Shown: in pieces, positions 19,047 to 28,645 of the stretch
How positions within the stretch are numbered: position 1 is the stretch's first letter
Layout: each line of letters starts with the position of its first letter
Source of the DNA: an uncultured Bradyrhizobium sp.
GTDB lineage: Bacteria; Pseudomonadota; Alphaproteobacteria; Rhizobiales; Xanthobacteraceae
NCBI RefSeq assembly: GCF_936928535.1
Contig: NZ_CAKZHY010000097.1
Location: 9,852 to 73,851, forward strand
Direction: 5' to 3'
DNA: 64,000 nucleotides
The notes under the pieces: model-generated
Databases searched by the model: none
What the model was told of the DNA's origin: nothing
The model's input: the letters and a program-made list of their open reading frames with translations, nothing else
Made by a program: the position numbers and the translations under genes

Positions 19047-20321
19047 GTGGATTTCTCATTGCCTGCCGATCTCGTCGCCTATCTCGGAGAGCTCGACCGT
19101 TTCATCGAGCGCGAGATCAAGCCGCTGGAACAGGCCGACGACAACATCCGCTTCTTCGATCATCGCCGCGAATGGGCGCGCACCGATTTCGAGAATGGCG
19201 GCCTGCCGCGGCATGAATGGGAAGGGCTGCTGCGCAAGGCGAAGGACCTCGCGGATGCCGCCGGCCACTTACGCTTTCCGGTGCCGAAGCAATATGGCGG
19301 CAAGGACGGCTCCAATCTCTGGATGGCCGTGATCCGCGAGCATTTTGCCGCGAAGGGTCTCGGCCTGCACAATGACCTGCAGAACGAGCACTCCATCGTC
19401 GGCAATTTCCCTGTCGTCACCATGCTCGACCGCTACGGCCGCGACGACCAGAAGGCGATGATCGACGGCTCGATCAAGGGCAAGTACCGCATCACGTTTG
19501 GTTTGACGGAGCCGCATCACGGCTCGGACGCCACGCACATGGAAACGCGCGCGGTGCCGGCTGTCAGAGACAACGTCAAGGGCTGGATCATCAACGGCGA
19601 GAAGATGTGGACGACGGGAATGCATGTCGCCACGCATTGCGCGCTGTTCGCGCGCACGTCGGGTAATGACGGCGATGCCCGCGGCATCACCTGCCTCCTG
19701 GTGCCGGCCAAGAGCCATGGTGTGAAGGTCGAGGAATACATGTGGACCTTCAACATGCCGACCGACCATCCCCGTGTCAGCTTTACGGATGTGTTCGTGC
19801 CTGAAGACGCGCAGTTCGGCGAGGTCGGCCGCGGCCTGTCGCTGGCGCAATGCTTCGTGCACCAGAACCGCATTCGCCAAGCGGCAAGCTCGCTCGGCGC
19901 TGCAGTCTACTGCATCAACGAGAGCGTTAAGTATGCGCGCGAGCGAAAGCCGTTCGGCAAGGCGCTTGCGGAGAACCAGGCGATCCAGTTCCCGCTGGTC
20001 GAACTCGCGACGCAGGCCGAGATGCTGCGTCTGTTGATCCGCAAGACCGCCTGGGAGATGGACCAGCTCACCGAGGAGCAGGTCGAGCGCACGCTCTCCG
20101 ACCGCGTCTCGATGTGCAACTACTGGGCAAATCGCCTTTGTTGTGAATCGGCCGACCGGGCCATGCAGGTCCATGGCGGCATGGGCTATTCACGCCACAA
20201 GCCGTTCGAGCACATCTATCGCCATCACCGTCGCTACCGCATCACCGAAGGCAGCGAAGAGATCCAGATGCGCAAGGTGGCGGGGTTCTTGTTCGGCTAT
20301 ATGGGGCCGGGGAAACATTGA
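19047..20321 (+). CDS. Acyl-CoA dehydrogenase family protein
   Basis: 424 aa with ITFGLTEPHHGSDATHMETRA, INGEKMWTTG and C-terminal YRITEGSEEIQMRKVAG. Uses a GTG start. Confidence 0.85.
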   Translation: MDFSLPADLVAYLGELDRFIEREIKPLEQADDNIRFFDHRREWARTDFENGGLPRHEWEGLLRKAKDLADAAGHLRFPVPKQYGGKDGSNLWMAVIREHFAAKGLGLHNDLQNEHSIVGNFPVVTMLDRYGRDDQKAMIDGSIKGKYRITFGLTEPHHGSDATHMETRAVPAVRDNVKGWIINGEKMWTTGMHVATHCALFARTSGNDGDARGITCLLVPAKSHGVKVEEYMWTFNMPTDHPRVSFTDVFVPEDAQFGEVGRGLSLAQCFVHQNRIRQAASSLGAAVYCINESVKYARERKPFGKALAENQAIQFPLVELATQAEMLRLLIRKTAWEMDQLTEEQVERTLSDRVSMCNYWANRLCCESADRAMQVHGGMGYSRHKPFEHIYRHHRRYRITEGSEEIQMRKVAGFLFGYMGPGKH

Positions 20322-20337
20322 GGCTCCCACCGGTTTG

Positions 20338-20452
20338 GTAGGGTGGGTTAGCCAGGCAGATGCGCGAAGCGGATCTGCTCGGTGTAACCCACCAACTTCC
20401 ATCCGCGCGGGTAGTAAAGAGGTGGGTTACGCCTGCGGCTAACCCACCCTAC
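20338..20452. repeat. REP/MITE-like nested palindrome, family A variant (GTAGGGTGGGTTAGCC ... GGCTAACCCACCCTAC)
   Basis: Outer 16-bp perfect inverted repeat and inner inverted repeat GGTGTAACCCACC / GGTGGGTTACGCC. Lies between convergent genes. Confidence 0.7.
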
Positions 20453-20462
20453 GGCACCACGC

Positions 20463-22043
20463 TCAATTCACCCGCCGGTCCTTCCCCGCCCAATACGGCT
20501 CGCGCAACTGTCGCCGCAAGATCTTGCCACTCGGATTCCTCGGCAACGCCGGCAGGAACTCCACGCTCTTCGGCGTCTTGAAGCCGGCGATGCGCTCGCG
20601 GGTGAAGTTGATGATGTCGGTCGCGGTGGCCTGCTTGCCGGGCTTCATCACCACGACGGCTTTGACGGCTTCGCCCCATTTCTCGTCGGGCACGCCGATC
20701 ACCGCGGCTTCCGCGACATCAGGGTGATCGCACAGTGCGCTCTCGACCTCGGCCGGGTAGATGTTCTCGCCGCCCGAGATGATCATGTCCTTGATGCGGT
20801 CGTGAATGTAGAGATAGCCGTCCTCGTCCATGTAGCCGGCATCGCCCGTGCGCAGCCAGCCGTCGCTGCGCAGCGTCGAGGCGGTGGCCTCAGGCAAATT
20901 CCAGTAGCCGGCCATGTTGGAGCCCGAGCGCGTCGCGATCTCGCCGACCTGGCGCGGTGGCAGCGGTTTGCCGTCCGCATCCAGGATCGCGATCTCCACG
21001 CCCGGCAGCGCCTTCCCGGCAGAGCGCATCCGCTCTAGGCCCTCGACGTGGTCCTCCGGCGGCAGCGCGACGATGGTGCCTGTCGTCTCCGTCATGCCGT
21101 ACATCTGCACGAAGCCGCATTTGAAAACCTCGATGCATTCCTTCAGCAGCGCGGCCGGAATGGGGGAGGCGCCGTACAGCATGTATTTCAATCTTGAGAA
21201 GTCGACCGTCCTGGCGCGCGGCTGCCGCACCACAAACTGCATTGCCGCCGGCACCATGAACAGTTTCGTGATGCCCGACTGCTCGAAGAAATCCAGCACC
21301 TTGGTCGGGTCGAACTCGCGCGCTATCACGCCGCGAGCGCCGTGATAGAGGCCCATCACGCCCCAGCCGGAGCCGCCGATATGAAAGATTGGCATCGCGA
21401 CCAGCGAGACATCATCGGTCGACCATCGGTTCCATTCCGGCTTGTCCTCGGCATTGCCTGTCTGCACCAGGTTGAGGAAATTCGCGTGGCTGAGCATCGC
21501 GCCCTTCGGCTTGCCCGTAGTGCCCGATGTGTAGAGTTGGATCGCGATATCGCGGGTGTCGATCGGCACCTTCGGATCATTGCCGCTCTGCGCATCGCGC
21601 CACGCGGCAAAGTCCTGCCATTCCGGTGCGCCGCCCTCGGTCGTGATGACGGTGCGCACGCTCGGCAGCTGATCCTCGATCTGGCGGACTTGCGTGATGA
21701 ACTCCGGTCCGACGAACAGAACCGGCGCCTTGCAATCGGCAACAATAAACGCGACTTCGGGGCCCGCGAGCCGCCAGTTCACCGGCGCCATCACGACGCC
21801 GGCCTTGATCGCGCCCATCAGCAGCTCGAAGTAGAGATCGCTGTTCTTGCCGAGATAGGCGATGCGGTCGCCCTTCTTCACGCCCATCGCGATCAGGGCA
21901 TTGGCAACCTTGTTGGTGCTGATGTCGAACTCGGCAAAGCTGGTGACACGACCCTCGAACTCATAGGCGATGGCGTTGCCGCGGCTTTTCGCGCGCTCGC
22001 GCACCATGTCGGCGAGGTTCGCCAGTTTCGGTGATGCGGACAT
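20463..22043 (-). CDS. Long-chain-fatty-acid--CoA ligase / AMP-dependent synthetase
   Basis: AMP-binding motif YTSGTTGKPKGAMLSH and TGDAGYMDEDGYLYIHDRIKDMIISGGENIYPAEVE. Confidence 0.85.
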   Translation of the reverse strand: MSASPKLANLADMVRERAKSRGNAIAYEFEGRVTSFAEFDISTNKVANALIAMGVKKGDRIAYLGKNSDLYFELLMGAIKAGVVMAPVNWRLAGPEVAFIVADCKAPVLFVGPEFITQVRQIEDQLPSVRTVITTEGGAPEWQDFAAWRDAQSGNDPKVPIDTRDIAIQLYTSGTTGKPKGAMLSHANFLNLVQTGNAEDKPEWNRWSTDDVSLVAMPIFHIGGSGWGVMGLYHGARGVIAREFDPTKVLDFFEQSGITKLFMVPAAMQFVVRQPRARTVDFSRLKYMLYGASPIPAALLKECIEVFKCGFVQMYGMTETTGTIVALPPEDHVEGLERMRSAGKALPGVEIAILDADGKPLPPRQVGEIATRSGSNMAGYWNLPEATASTLRSDGWLRTGDAGYMDEDGYLYIHDRIKDMIISGGENIYPAEVESALCDHPDVAEAAVIGVPDEKWGEAVKAVVVMKPGKQATATDIINFTRERIAGFKTPKSVEFLPALPRNPSGKILRRQLREPYWAGKDRRVN

Positions 22044-22140
22044 GTCTCTCCCGTTGGCGTTTTGTTTTTATACCAGGGAGTGTGGCGTCATCTGCGGGGG
22101 AAGACAAGGTGGGGTGATTGAAGCGACGTACTCTGAATGC

Positions 22141-22260
22141 GTCGTCCCGGCGAAGGCCGGGACCCATAACCACTAAACGCAATTTGGCGAAGACTGGTCA
22201 TGACCAATCTTCGCCAAACCAAATTCGGTGGCTATGGGTCCCGGCCTTCGCCGGGACGAC
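22141..22260. repeat. REP/MITE-like nested palindrome, family B-related variant (GTCGTCCCGGCGAAGGCCGGGACCCATA ... inverted)
   Basis: 28-bp outer inverted repeat plus an inner near-palindrome TTGGCGAAGACTGGTCA|TGACCAATCTTCGCCAA. Ends cross-checked against track ORFs 22118 and 22200. Confidence 0.75.
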
Positions 22261-22306
22261 GGTGGAGCGTGGAGCAACCTTCGCGCTTCTCACTACGGAG
22301 GAGGTA

Positions 22307-23179
22307 TCACCCCCGCTTCGCGCGGTCCTTTTCGTTCTGGGCCATGATGCTCTCGCGCGCGGTCTTCCAGTCGTCGTCGCTCCAGTCGCGGAGCTGGTAG
22401 AAATTGCCGCCCATGGCGAGCGCCTGCGCGCCGTCCATCGCAATGGTCTCGCCGTTGATCCAGTCGCAGCCGCCGGAGATCAGGAACACCGCGAGGTTCT
22501 GCAATTCCTCCATGGTGCCGACGCGGCCCATCGGGTTCATCGCCTTGGTGCGCGCGCCGGCTTCGTCACCGGGCTTGATGCGCTTGCTCATGCCTTCAGT
22601 CGGGATCTCGCCTGGCGCGATGGTGTTGAGGCGGATGCCGTGGCGGCCCCATTCGGTCGCGAGCGACATGGTCATGGCGTGGATCGCCGACTTGCTCATC
22701 GCCGAGGGCACGACGTAGGGCGAGCCGTTGCGCACCCAGGTCACGGTGATCGAGACGACGTTGCCGGGCTGCTTCAAGGCGATCCAGCGCTTGCCGACCG
22801 CTTGCGTCACGTAGAACGTGCCGTGCATGACGATGTTGGCAACGGCATCGAAGCCGCGCGGCGAGAGCTCTTCCGTGCGCGAGATGAAATTGCCTGCGGC
22901 ATTGTTGATGAGATCGGTCAGCGGCGCATCGCGAAAGATGGTCTCGATCATTTCCTCGACCGCGAGCGCGTTGCGGATGTCGACACCGTGGCTGGTGACG
23001 CGGCCGCCATACTCGCTCATCAGCTCGATCGCAGTCTCGTCGCAAACGATCTTGCGCCGACCGCAGATGTGCACCTCGGCGCCGAGCTGAAGGAAGCGCG
23101 CCGCCATGGACTTGCCGAGCCCTGTGCCGCCGCCGGTCACGAGAATGCGCCGCCCAGCCAGAAGATTTTCCTTGAACAT
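22307..23179 (-). CDS. SDR family oxidoreductase (2,4-dienoyl-CoA reductase-like)
   Basis: Rossmann motif VTGGGTGLGKSMA. 290 aa. The DECR-like assignment is inferred from overall resemblance and context. Confidence 0.75.
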   Translation of the reverse strand: MFKENLLAGRRILVTGGGTGLGKSMAARFLQLGAEVHICGRRKIVCDETAIELMSEYGGRVTSHGVDIRNALAVEEMIETIFRDAPLTDLINNAAGNFISRTEELSPRGFDAVANIVMHGTFYVTQAVGKRWIALKQPGNVVSITVTWVRNGSPYVVPSAMSKSAIHAMTMSLATEWGRHGIRLNTIAPGEIPTEGMSKRIKPGDEAGARTKAMNPMGRVGTMEELQNLAVFLISGGCDWINGETIAMDGAQALAMGGNFYQLRDWSDDDWKTARESIMAQNEKDRAKRG

Positions 23180-23283
23180 GGCTGTTTCTCCCGTACGTAT
23201 CGTCAGTTAATTGGTCGATTGACTAAATCCGGCCGTCAGCTTTCTGTAAAGCGGCACCGAACAAGAACAGGGAGAATTCATCC

Positions 23284-24093
23284 ATGGAAGAGCGCGTCTC
23301 GATCTCGATCTCGGAAGGCGTTGCCGACGTGCGCCTGGTGCGTGCGGACAAGATGAATGCGCTCGATCAGGCCATGTTCGAGGCGCTTGTCGCGGCAACG
23401 GAGCGGCTTTCGAAGGAAAAAGGCGTGCGCGTCGTCGTGCTGTCAGGTGAGGGCCGCGCCTTCTGCGCCGGTCTCGACATGGGGCGTTTTGCCGCCATGA
23501 AGGAGAAGGGCGGCAACGGAATTCCGGGTGGCGAAAATCGCGATCTCACCAAGCGTACGCACGGGCTGGCGAACTTTCCGCAACAGGCGGTATGGGGATG
23601 GCGCCAGCTTCCGGTTCCTGTGATCGCGGCGGTACATGGCGTCGCCTTCGGCGGCGGCTTCCAGCTCTCGCTCGGCGCCGACATGCGTTTCCTGAGCCCC
23701 GACGCGCGGATGTCGATCATGGAAATCAAATGGGGCCTCGTTCCTGACATGGCGGGAACGCCGATCCTGGCTTCGCTGGTGCGCGACGACATCTTGCGCG
23801 ATCTCACCTACACCGGCCGCATCTTCTCGGCGCAGGAGGCGATGGCTTACGGCCTCGCCACGCGCATCTGTGATGATCCGCGCGCTGCCGCGCTTGAAGT
23901 GGCGCGGGAGATCGCGGGCAGGAGCCCCGATGCGATCCGCGCGGCGAAGCGGCTGCTCAACAATCTCTCGGTCGATCCTGGCCCGGCGCTGCTCGCGGAG
24001 TCGGTGGAACAGCAAAAGCTGATCGGTAGCGCGAACCAGACGGAAGCGGTCCGCTCCAATCTGGAGAAGCGCGCGGCGAAGTATGCGGACTAA
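23284..24093 (+). CDS. Enoyl-CoA hydratase/isomerase family protein
   Basis: Crotonase motifs VVLSGEGRAFCAGLDM and AAVHGVAFGGGFQLSLGAD. Confidence 0.8.
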   Translation: MEERVSISISEGVADVRLVRADKMNALDQAMFEALVAATERLSKEKGVRVVVLSGEGRAFCAGLDMGRFAAMKEKGGNGIPGGENRDLTKRTHGLANFPQQAVWGWRQLPVPVIAAVHGVAFGGGFQLSLGADMRFLSPDARMSIMEIKWGLVPDMAGTPILASLVRDDILRDLTYTGRIFSAQEAMAYGLATRICDDPRAAALEVAREIAGRSPDAIRAAKRLLNNLSVDPGPALLAESVEQQKLIGSANQTEAVRSNLEKRAAKYAD

Positions 24094-24099
24094 CCGTCT

Positions 24100-24179
24100 A
24101 TCGTTCCGGGACGGTCCGAAGGACCAGACCCGGAACCTCGAGATTCCGGGCTCGATGCTTCGCATCGCCCCGGAATGAC
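24100..24179. repeat. REP/MITE-like nested palindrome, family B copy (inverted orientation)
   Basis: About 90% identical to the reverse complement of 34146-34223. Central CCGGAACCTCGAGATTCCGG palindrome and terminal CGCCCCGGAATGAC. Confidence 0.75.
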
Positions 24180-24209
24180 AGTCGCTAACGACAACAAAGA
24201 AAAACAAGC

Positions 24210-25754
24210 ATGAGCGAAACGTCCAACTTCCTTGGCATCGTCTCCGGCGATCGACACCGTTCTCACGCCGACGTCGCGGCCCGCGCTGATCGCATCGCGT
24301 CCGGTCTCGCCAGGATCGGCGTCAGGCAAGGTGATTGCGTCTGCATGCTGATGCGCAACGACATCGCCTTCCTCGAGGCCGCCTACGCCGCGATGCGGCT
24401 GGGCGCCTATGGCGTGCCGATCAACTGGCACTTCAAGCCCGAGGAGATCAACTACATCCTGGGCGATACCGGCACATCCGTGCTGATCGGGCATGCCGAC
24501 ATGCTACACGCCTTGCGCGATGCCATACCGAAAGGTGTCACCGTTCTCAGCGTGCCGACGCCGCCGGAGATATTGTCCAATTACAAGATCGATCCCGATC
24601 ACCTGAAGACGCCGGACTTCGCGATCGACTTCGAATCCTGGCTCGCGCAACTCGAGCCCTATGACGGCCCGGTCGTGCCGCAGCCGATGAACATGATCTA
24701 CACGTCGGGCACGACAGGCCACCCCAAGGGGGTGCGGCGCAATGCGCCAACGCCGGAGCAGCAGGCGGCCGGCGAGCGAATGCGCGCGATGATCTATGGC
24801 CTCAAGCCCGGTGCCCGCGCGATCCTGCCGGGCCCGCTCTATCATTCCGCGCCGAACTCGTTCGGCATCCGCGCTGGCAAGCTCGGCGGCGCGCTCGTGC
24901 TGATGCCGCGCTTCGAGGCGGAAGAATTTCTGCAGCTGATCGAGCGCTACAGAATCGACACCATCTTCATGGTGCCGACCATGTTCATCCGCCTGATGAA
25001 ACTGCCGGAGGAGGTCCGTAAAAAATACGACGTCTCCTCGCTTCGCCACATCATCCACGCCGCCGCGCCCTGTCCGGCCGACGTCAAGCGCGCGATGATC
25101 GAGTGGTGGGGCCCGGTGATCTACGAATTCTACGGCTCGACCGAATCCAGCGCCGTGACCTTCGCGACTTCAGAGGATGCGCTGAAGAAGCCCGGCACGG
25201 TCGGCAAGGTCTCGCCCGGCGCCGAGTTGCGCTTCATCGGCGACGACGGACGCGTGCTCGGCGTCGGTGAGATCGGCGAGATCTATTCCCGCGTGCTAGA
25301 CATGGCCGACTTCACCTATCACAACAAGCCGGAGAAGCGGGCCGAGATCGACCGCGACGGCTTCATCACCTCGGGCGACGTCGGCTATATCGACGACGAT
25401 GGTTACGTCTTCATCTGCGATCGCAAGCGCGACATGGTGATCTCGGGCGGCGTCAATATCTATCCGGCTGAAATCGAGTCGGTGCTGCACGCCGTCCCGG
25501 GCGTGCATGACTGCGCCGTGTTCGGCATCCCCGACGCCGAGTTCGGCGAGGCGCTGATGGCGGTAGTCGAGCCGCAACCTGATGTCACGCTCGGTGTCGC
25601 CGACATCCGTGCGCGACTGAAGAGCTCGCTCGCCGACTACAAGGTGCCGAAGCATATCGAGATCCGCACGGGCCTGCCGCGCGAAGATTCCGGAAAAATC
25701 TTCAAGCGGCGCCTGCGCGATCCCTATTGGGAGCAGGCAGGGCGGAAGATCTGA
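24210..25754 (+). CDS. Acyl-CoA synthetase (AMP-binding)
   Basis: YTSGTTGHPKGVRR and SGDVGYIDDDGYVFICDRKRDMVISGGVNIYPAEIE. Confidence 0.85.
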   Translation: MSETSNFLGIVSGDRHRSHADVAARADRIASGLARIGVRQGDCVCMLMRNDIAFLEAAYAAMRLGAYGVPINWHFKPEEINYILGDTGTSVLIGHADMLHALRDAIPKGVTVLSVPTPPEILSNYKIDPDHLKTPDFAIDFESWLAQLEPYDGPVVPQPMNMIYTSGTTGHPKGVRRNAPTPEQQAAGERMRAMIYGLKPGARAILPGPLYHSAPNSFGIRAGKLGGALVLMPRFEAEEFLQLIERYRIDTIFMVPTMFIRLMKLPEEVRKKYDVSSLRHIIHAAAPCPADVKRAMIEWWGPVIYEFYGSTESSAVTFATSEDALKKPGTVGKVSPGAELRFIGDDGRVLGVGEIGEIYSRVLDMADFTYHNKPEKRAEIDRDGFITSGDVGYIDDDGYVFICDRKRDMVISGGVNIYPAEIESVLHAVPGVHDCAVFGIPDAEFGEALMAVVEPQPDVTLGVADIRARLKSSLADYKVPKHIEIRTGLPREDSGKIFKRRLRDPYWEQAGRKI

Positions 25755-25780
25755 CGGCTGTCACGTTCGTTGGCGTGCGC

Positions 25781-27898
25781 CTAGACCAGCTCGCCGCCGA
25801 CGAACAGCAGGAACGAGCGGCCCGGCACCTTGTAGACGCTGTCGAACTCGAACCGGGCGCCGGATGCGCCGTCGGCGGCATTGGTGTCGAGCAGCAGCGA
25901 CCAGCACGGTCCGGCCGTGGTCTGCGGCAGCTTGAAATCGACCTCGCCCTCATAAGCGTTGAGGATGATCAGCACGCTGTCGTCCTCGCCATGGCGCGGG
26001 ATGGCCGTTTTGCGTGCGCGGCCGTCGAGCATGGCGCCGAAGCATTTCAGCCAGCCGCTTTCCCACTCGGCGCTCGACATCTCGCTGCCATTGGCATTGA
26101 TCCAGACGACATCGCGGATGTCGAGCTGCGCATCGTGCACGCCGGTGAGGAAGCGGCTGCGGCGCAGGATCGGATAGTCGCGCCGGAGCTGGATCACACG
26201 CTTGGTGAACGCGAGCAGCTTTTGCGCATCCTCGCCCATGGTCCAGTCGAACCAGGAGATGTCGCTGTCCTGGCAGTAGGCGTTGTTGTTGCCCTGCTGG
26301 GTCCTGCCAAATTCGTCGCCGCCGAGCAGCATCGGCGTTCCCTGCGAGAGCAGCAGGGTGGCCAGCATGTTACGCTTTTGCCGCTCGCGCAGCGCAATGA
26401 CATCCTTGTTGTCGGTCGGGCCTTCGACGCCGCAGTTCCAGGAGCGGTTGCTGGAATTGCCGTCGCGGTTGCCCTCGCCATTGGCTTCGTTGTGCTTGTC
26501 GTTATAGCTCGCCCAATCGTTCAGCGTGAAACCGTCATGAGCCGTGATGAAGTTGACGCTCGCCCATGAGCGCCGTCCGCCCCAGCGGCCGAAGATGTCG
26601 CCGGAGCCCAGCAGCCGCGCGGCGAGCGCGGATGGCGGCGCTTCGCCGCGCCAATAATCGCGTGCCGTGTCGCGATATTTGTCGTTCCACTCGGCCCAGC
26701 CGGGCGGGAAGCCGCCGACCTGGTAACCACCGGGTCCGCAGTCCCAGGGTTCGGCGATCAGCTTGACGGTCGAGAGCAGCGGATCCTGGTCCATCGCCTT
26801 CAGAAATCCGCTCTGCTCGTCGAAGCCGTAGACCTCGCGCGCGAGAATGGTGCCGAGATCGAAGCGAAAGCCGTCGATATGCATATGGCCGGCCCAATAG
26901 CGCAAACTGTCCATCACCATCTGGATCACGCGCGGATGCGACAGGTTGACGGTGTTTCCGGTGCCGGTGTCGTTGATGTAGTAGCGCTTGCGGTCGGGCA
27001 GGAGGCGATAATAGCTCGCATTGTCGATGCCCTTGAAGGACAGTGTCGGCCCGAGCTCGTTGCCTTCGGCGGTGTGGTTGTAGACGACGTCGAGGAACAC
27101 CTCGAGCCCGGCGCCGTGCAGTTTCGAGACCATCTCCTTGAACTCGCGCAGGGAGTTCGGCACGTCGGAGGCGTAGCGCGGGTCGGGCGCGAAGAAGCCG
27201 ATGGTGTTGTAGCCCCAATAATTGACCAGGTTCTTCTTCAGAAGATTGTCGTCGTTGATGAAGGAATGCACCGGCAACAGCTCGATCGAGGTCACGCCGA
27301 GCGAGGTCAGGTGCGCGATCATCTCGGGCGCGGCAAAGCCGGCATAAGTGCCGCGCAGGTTCTCCGGCACCGCGGGATGCTTCTTTGTAAAGCCCTTGAC
27401 GTGGGTCTCGTAGACGATGGTCTCGTCCCAATGAACATTCTGACGGGCCGCCTCGGCCTGCCAGTCGAAATCAGGATCGACCACGACGCATTTCGGCATG
27501 AACGGCGCGCTGTCGCGCTCGTCGAAGGTGGTGTCGTCGCCCGTCTCCATGATGTAGCCGAACACGGCGGGATTCCAGGTCAGGCTTCCCGCATGCGCGC
27601 GGGCATAGGGATCGAGCACCAGCTTGTTGGGGTTGAAGCGATGCCCTGCATCGGGCTGATAGGGCCCGTAGACGCGGTAGCCGTAAAAGGTGCCGGGACC
27701 GACGCCGGCGATGTACCCGTGGAAGACCTGGTCGGTATATTCCGGCAGCTCGAAGCGGTGCGTCTCGCGATCGCCGTCGTACAGGCAGACCACCACCTTG
27801 GTGGCATTGGCTGAAAACACCGCGAAGTTGGTGCCGTTGCCGCTCCAATGGGCACCCAGCGGATAAGGCAGGCCTTCCTCGATGACGAAATCGGACAT
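25781..27898 (-). CDS. glgX: Glycogen debranching enzyme GlgX (GH13)
   Basis: Start ATG 27898 ([29 protein letters not shown]). GH13 conserved regions DVVYNHT, GFRFDLG, EPWD and FITAHDGF. Confidence 0.9.
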   Translation of the reverse strand: MSDFVIEEGLPYPLGAHWSGNGTNFAVFSANATKVVVCLYDGDRETHRFELPEYTDQVFHGYIAGVGPGTFYGYRVYGPYQPDAGHRFNPNKLVLDPYARAHAGSLTWNPAVFGYIMETGDDTTFDERDSAPFMPKCVVVDPDFDWQAEAARQNVHWDETIVYETHVKGFTKKHPAVPENLRGTYAGFAAPEMIAHLTSLGVTSIELLPVHSFINDDNLLKKNLVNYWGYNTIGFFAPDPRYASDVPNSLREFKEMVSKLHGAGLEVFLDVVYNHTAEGNELGPTLSFKGIDNASYYRLLPDRKRYYINDTGTGNTVNLSHPRVIQMVMDSLRYWAGHMHIDGFRFDLGTILAREVYGFDEQSGFLKAMDQDPLLSTVKLIAEPWDCGPGGYQVGGFPPGWAEWNDKYRDTARDYWRGEAPPSALAARLLGSGDIFGRWGGRRSWASVNFITAHDGFTLNDWASYNDKHNEANGEGNRDGNSSNRSWNCGVEGPTDNKDVIALRERQKRNMLATLLLSQGTPMLLGGDEFGRTQQGNNNAYCQDSDISWFDWTMGEDAQKLLAFTKRVIQLRRDYPILRRSRFLTGVHDAQLDIRDVVWINANGSEMSSAEWESGWLKCFGAMLDGRARKTAIPRHGEDDSVLIILNAYEGEVDFKLPQTTAGPCWSLLLDTNAADGASGARFEFDSVYKVPGRSFLLFVGGELV

Positions 27899-28115
27899 GT
27901 GAATCCCCCTGGGGCCCCGATGGCCGCGACCGGCAACGCCATTGCGCCCTGAATGTTTCAAGCGCCTTGCCATTCTGGGCGCTGCGTACGTCAATTCAAT
28001 GAACAGCGAACGGCGGACGCTATTTCAGGCAATCACGTAAGGCGGGCCGGCGGCGTCTTCGCACCGACGGGTTTAGCACCTATATAGGCGGGGTCATCGA
28101 CCCGCGGATAAAGCC

Positions 28116-28520
28116 ATGTCCCCCGTTTCCATCCTGCTCAACCTGATCTGGATTCTCATCGGCGGCGCCTGGATGGCGTTCGGCTGGCTGGTGGCCTCGG
28201 TCATCATGGCCATCACCATCATCGGCCTGCCCTGGGCGCGGGCGGCGTTCAACATCGCTATTTACACGCTGCTGCCGTTCGGCTCGCGTGCGGTCAATCG
28301 CGACGAGGTTACCGGCATGAGCGACATCGGTACCGGCGCCCTCGGTGTGATCGGCAATATCATCTGGCTCGTGCTGGCCGGCTGGTGGCTGGCGCTCGGC
28401 CACCTCCTGACGGCCGTGCTCTTTGCCATCACCATTATCGGCCTTCCCTTCGCCTGGGCCCATCTGAAGCTCGCGGGCATCGCGCTCTGGCCGATCGGCA
28501 AGGTGATTGTGCCGGCGTAA
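28116..28520 (+). CDS. yccF: YccF domain-containing inner membrane protein
   Basis: 134 aa with a duplicated YccF motif (NLIWILIGGAWMAFGW...ITIIGLPWA and GNIIWLVLAGWWLALGH...ITIIGLPFA). Confidence 0.85.
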   Translation: MSPVSILLNLIWILIGGAWMAFGWLVASVIMAITIIGLPWARAAFNIAIYTLLPFGSRAVNRDEVTGMSDIGTGALGVIGNIIWLVLAGWWLALGHLLTAVLFAITIIGLPFAWAHLKLAGIALWPIGKVIVPA

Positions 28521-28645
28521 AATCCGCTTCGGAGGCTTCGGCCTGCGAGACCAAGCGGCGTTGCCGCGCACCTCCGGCGAACCACTTTCCACCCGGCGGA
28601 CCAGCCGCTACGATGAGCCCGGACAGAACGTCGGAGGTGCCTGAA

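Noticed and set aside
22118-23356. 412-aa plus-strand ORF overlapping the DECR-like SDR gene
   Set aside because: It starts inside a palindromic repeat and runs antisense to a motif-bearing SDR. Its composition is Arg/Ala/His-rich.
25755-25780. A 26-bp gap between the convergent acyl-CoA synthetase and glgX genes, considered as a possible shared terminator
   Set aside because: I could not identify a stable hairpin in the spacer, so there is nothing to support a feature call.
28385-28645. Upstream extension of the SBP ORF, which overlaps yccF
   Set aside because: It overlaps the well-supported yccF CDS. The ATG at 28646 has a GGAGG RBS and starts a canonical signal peptide.
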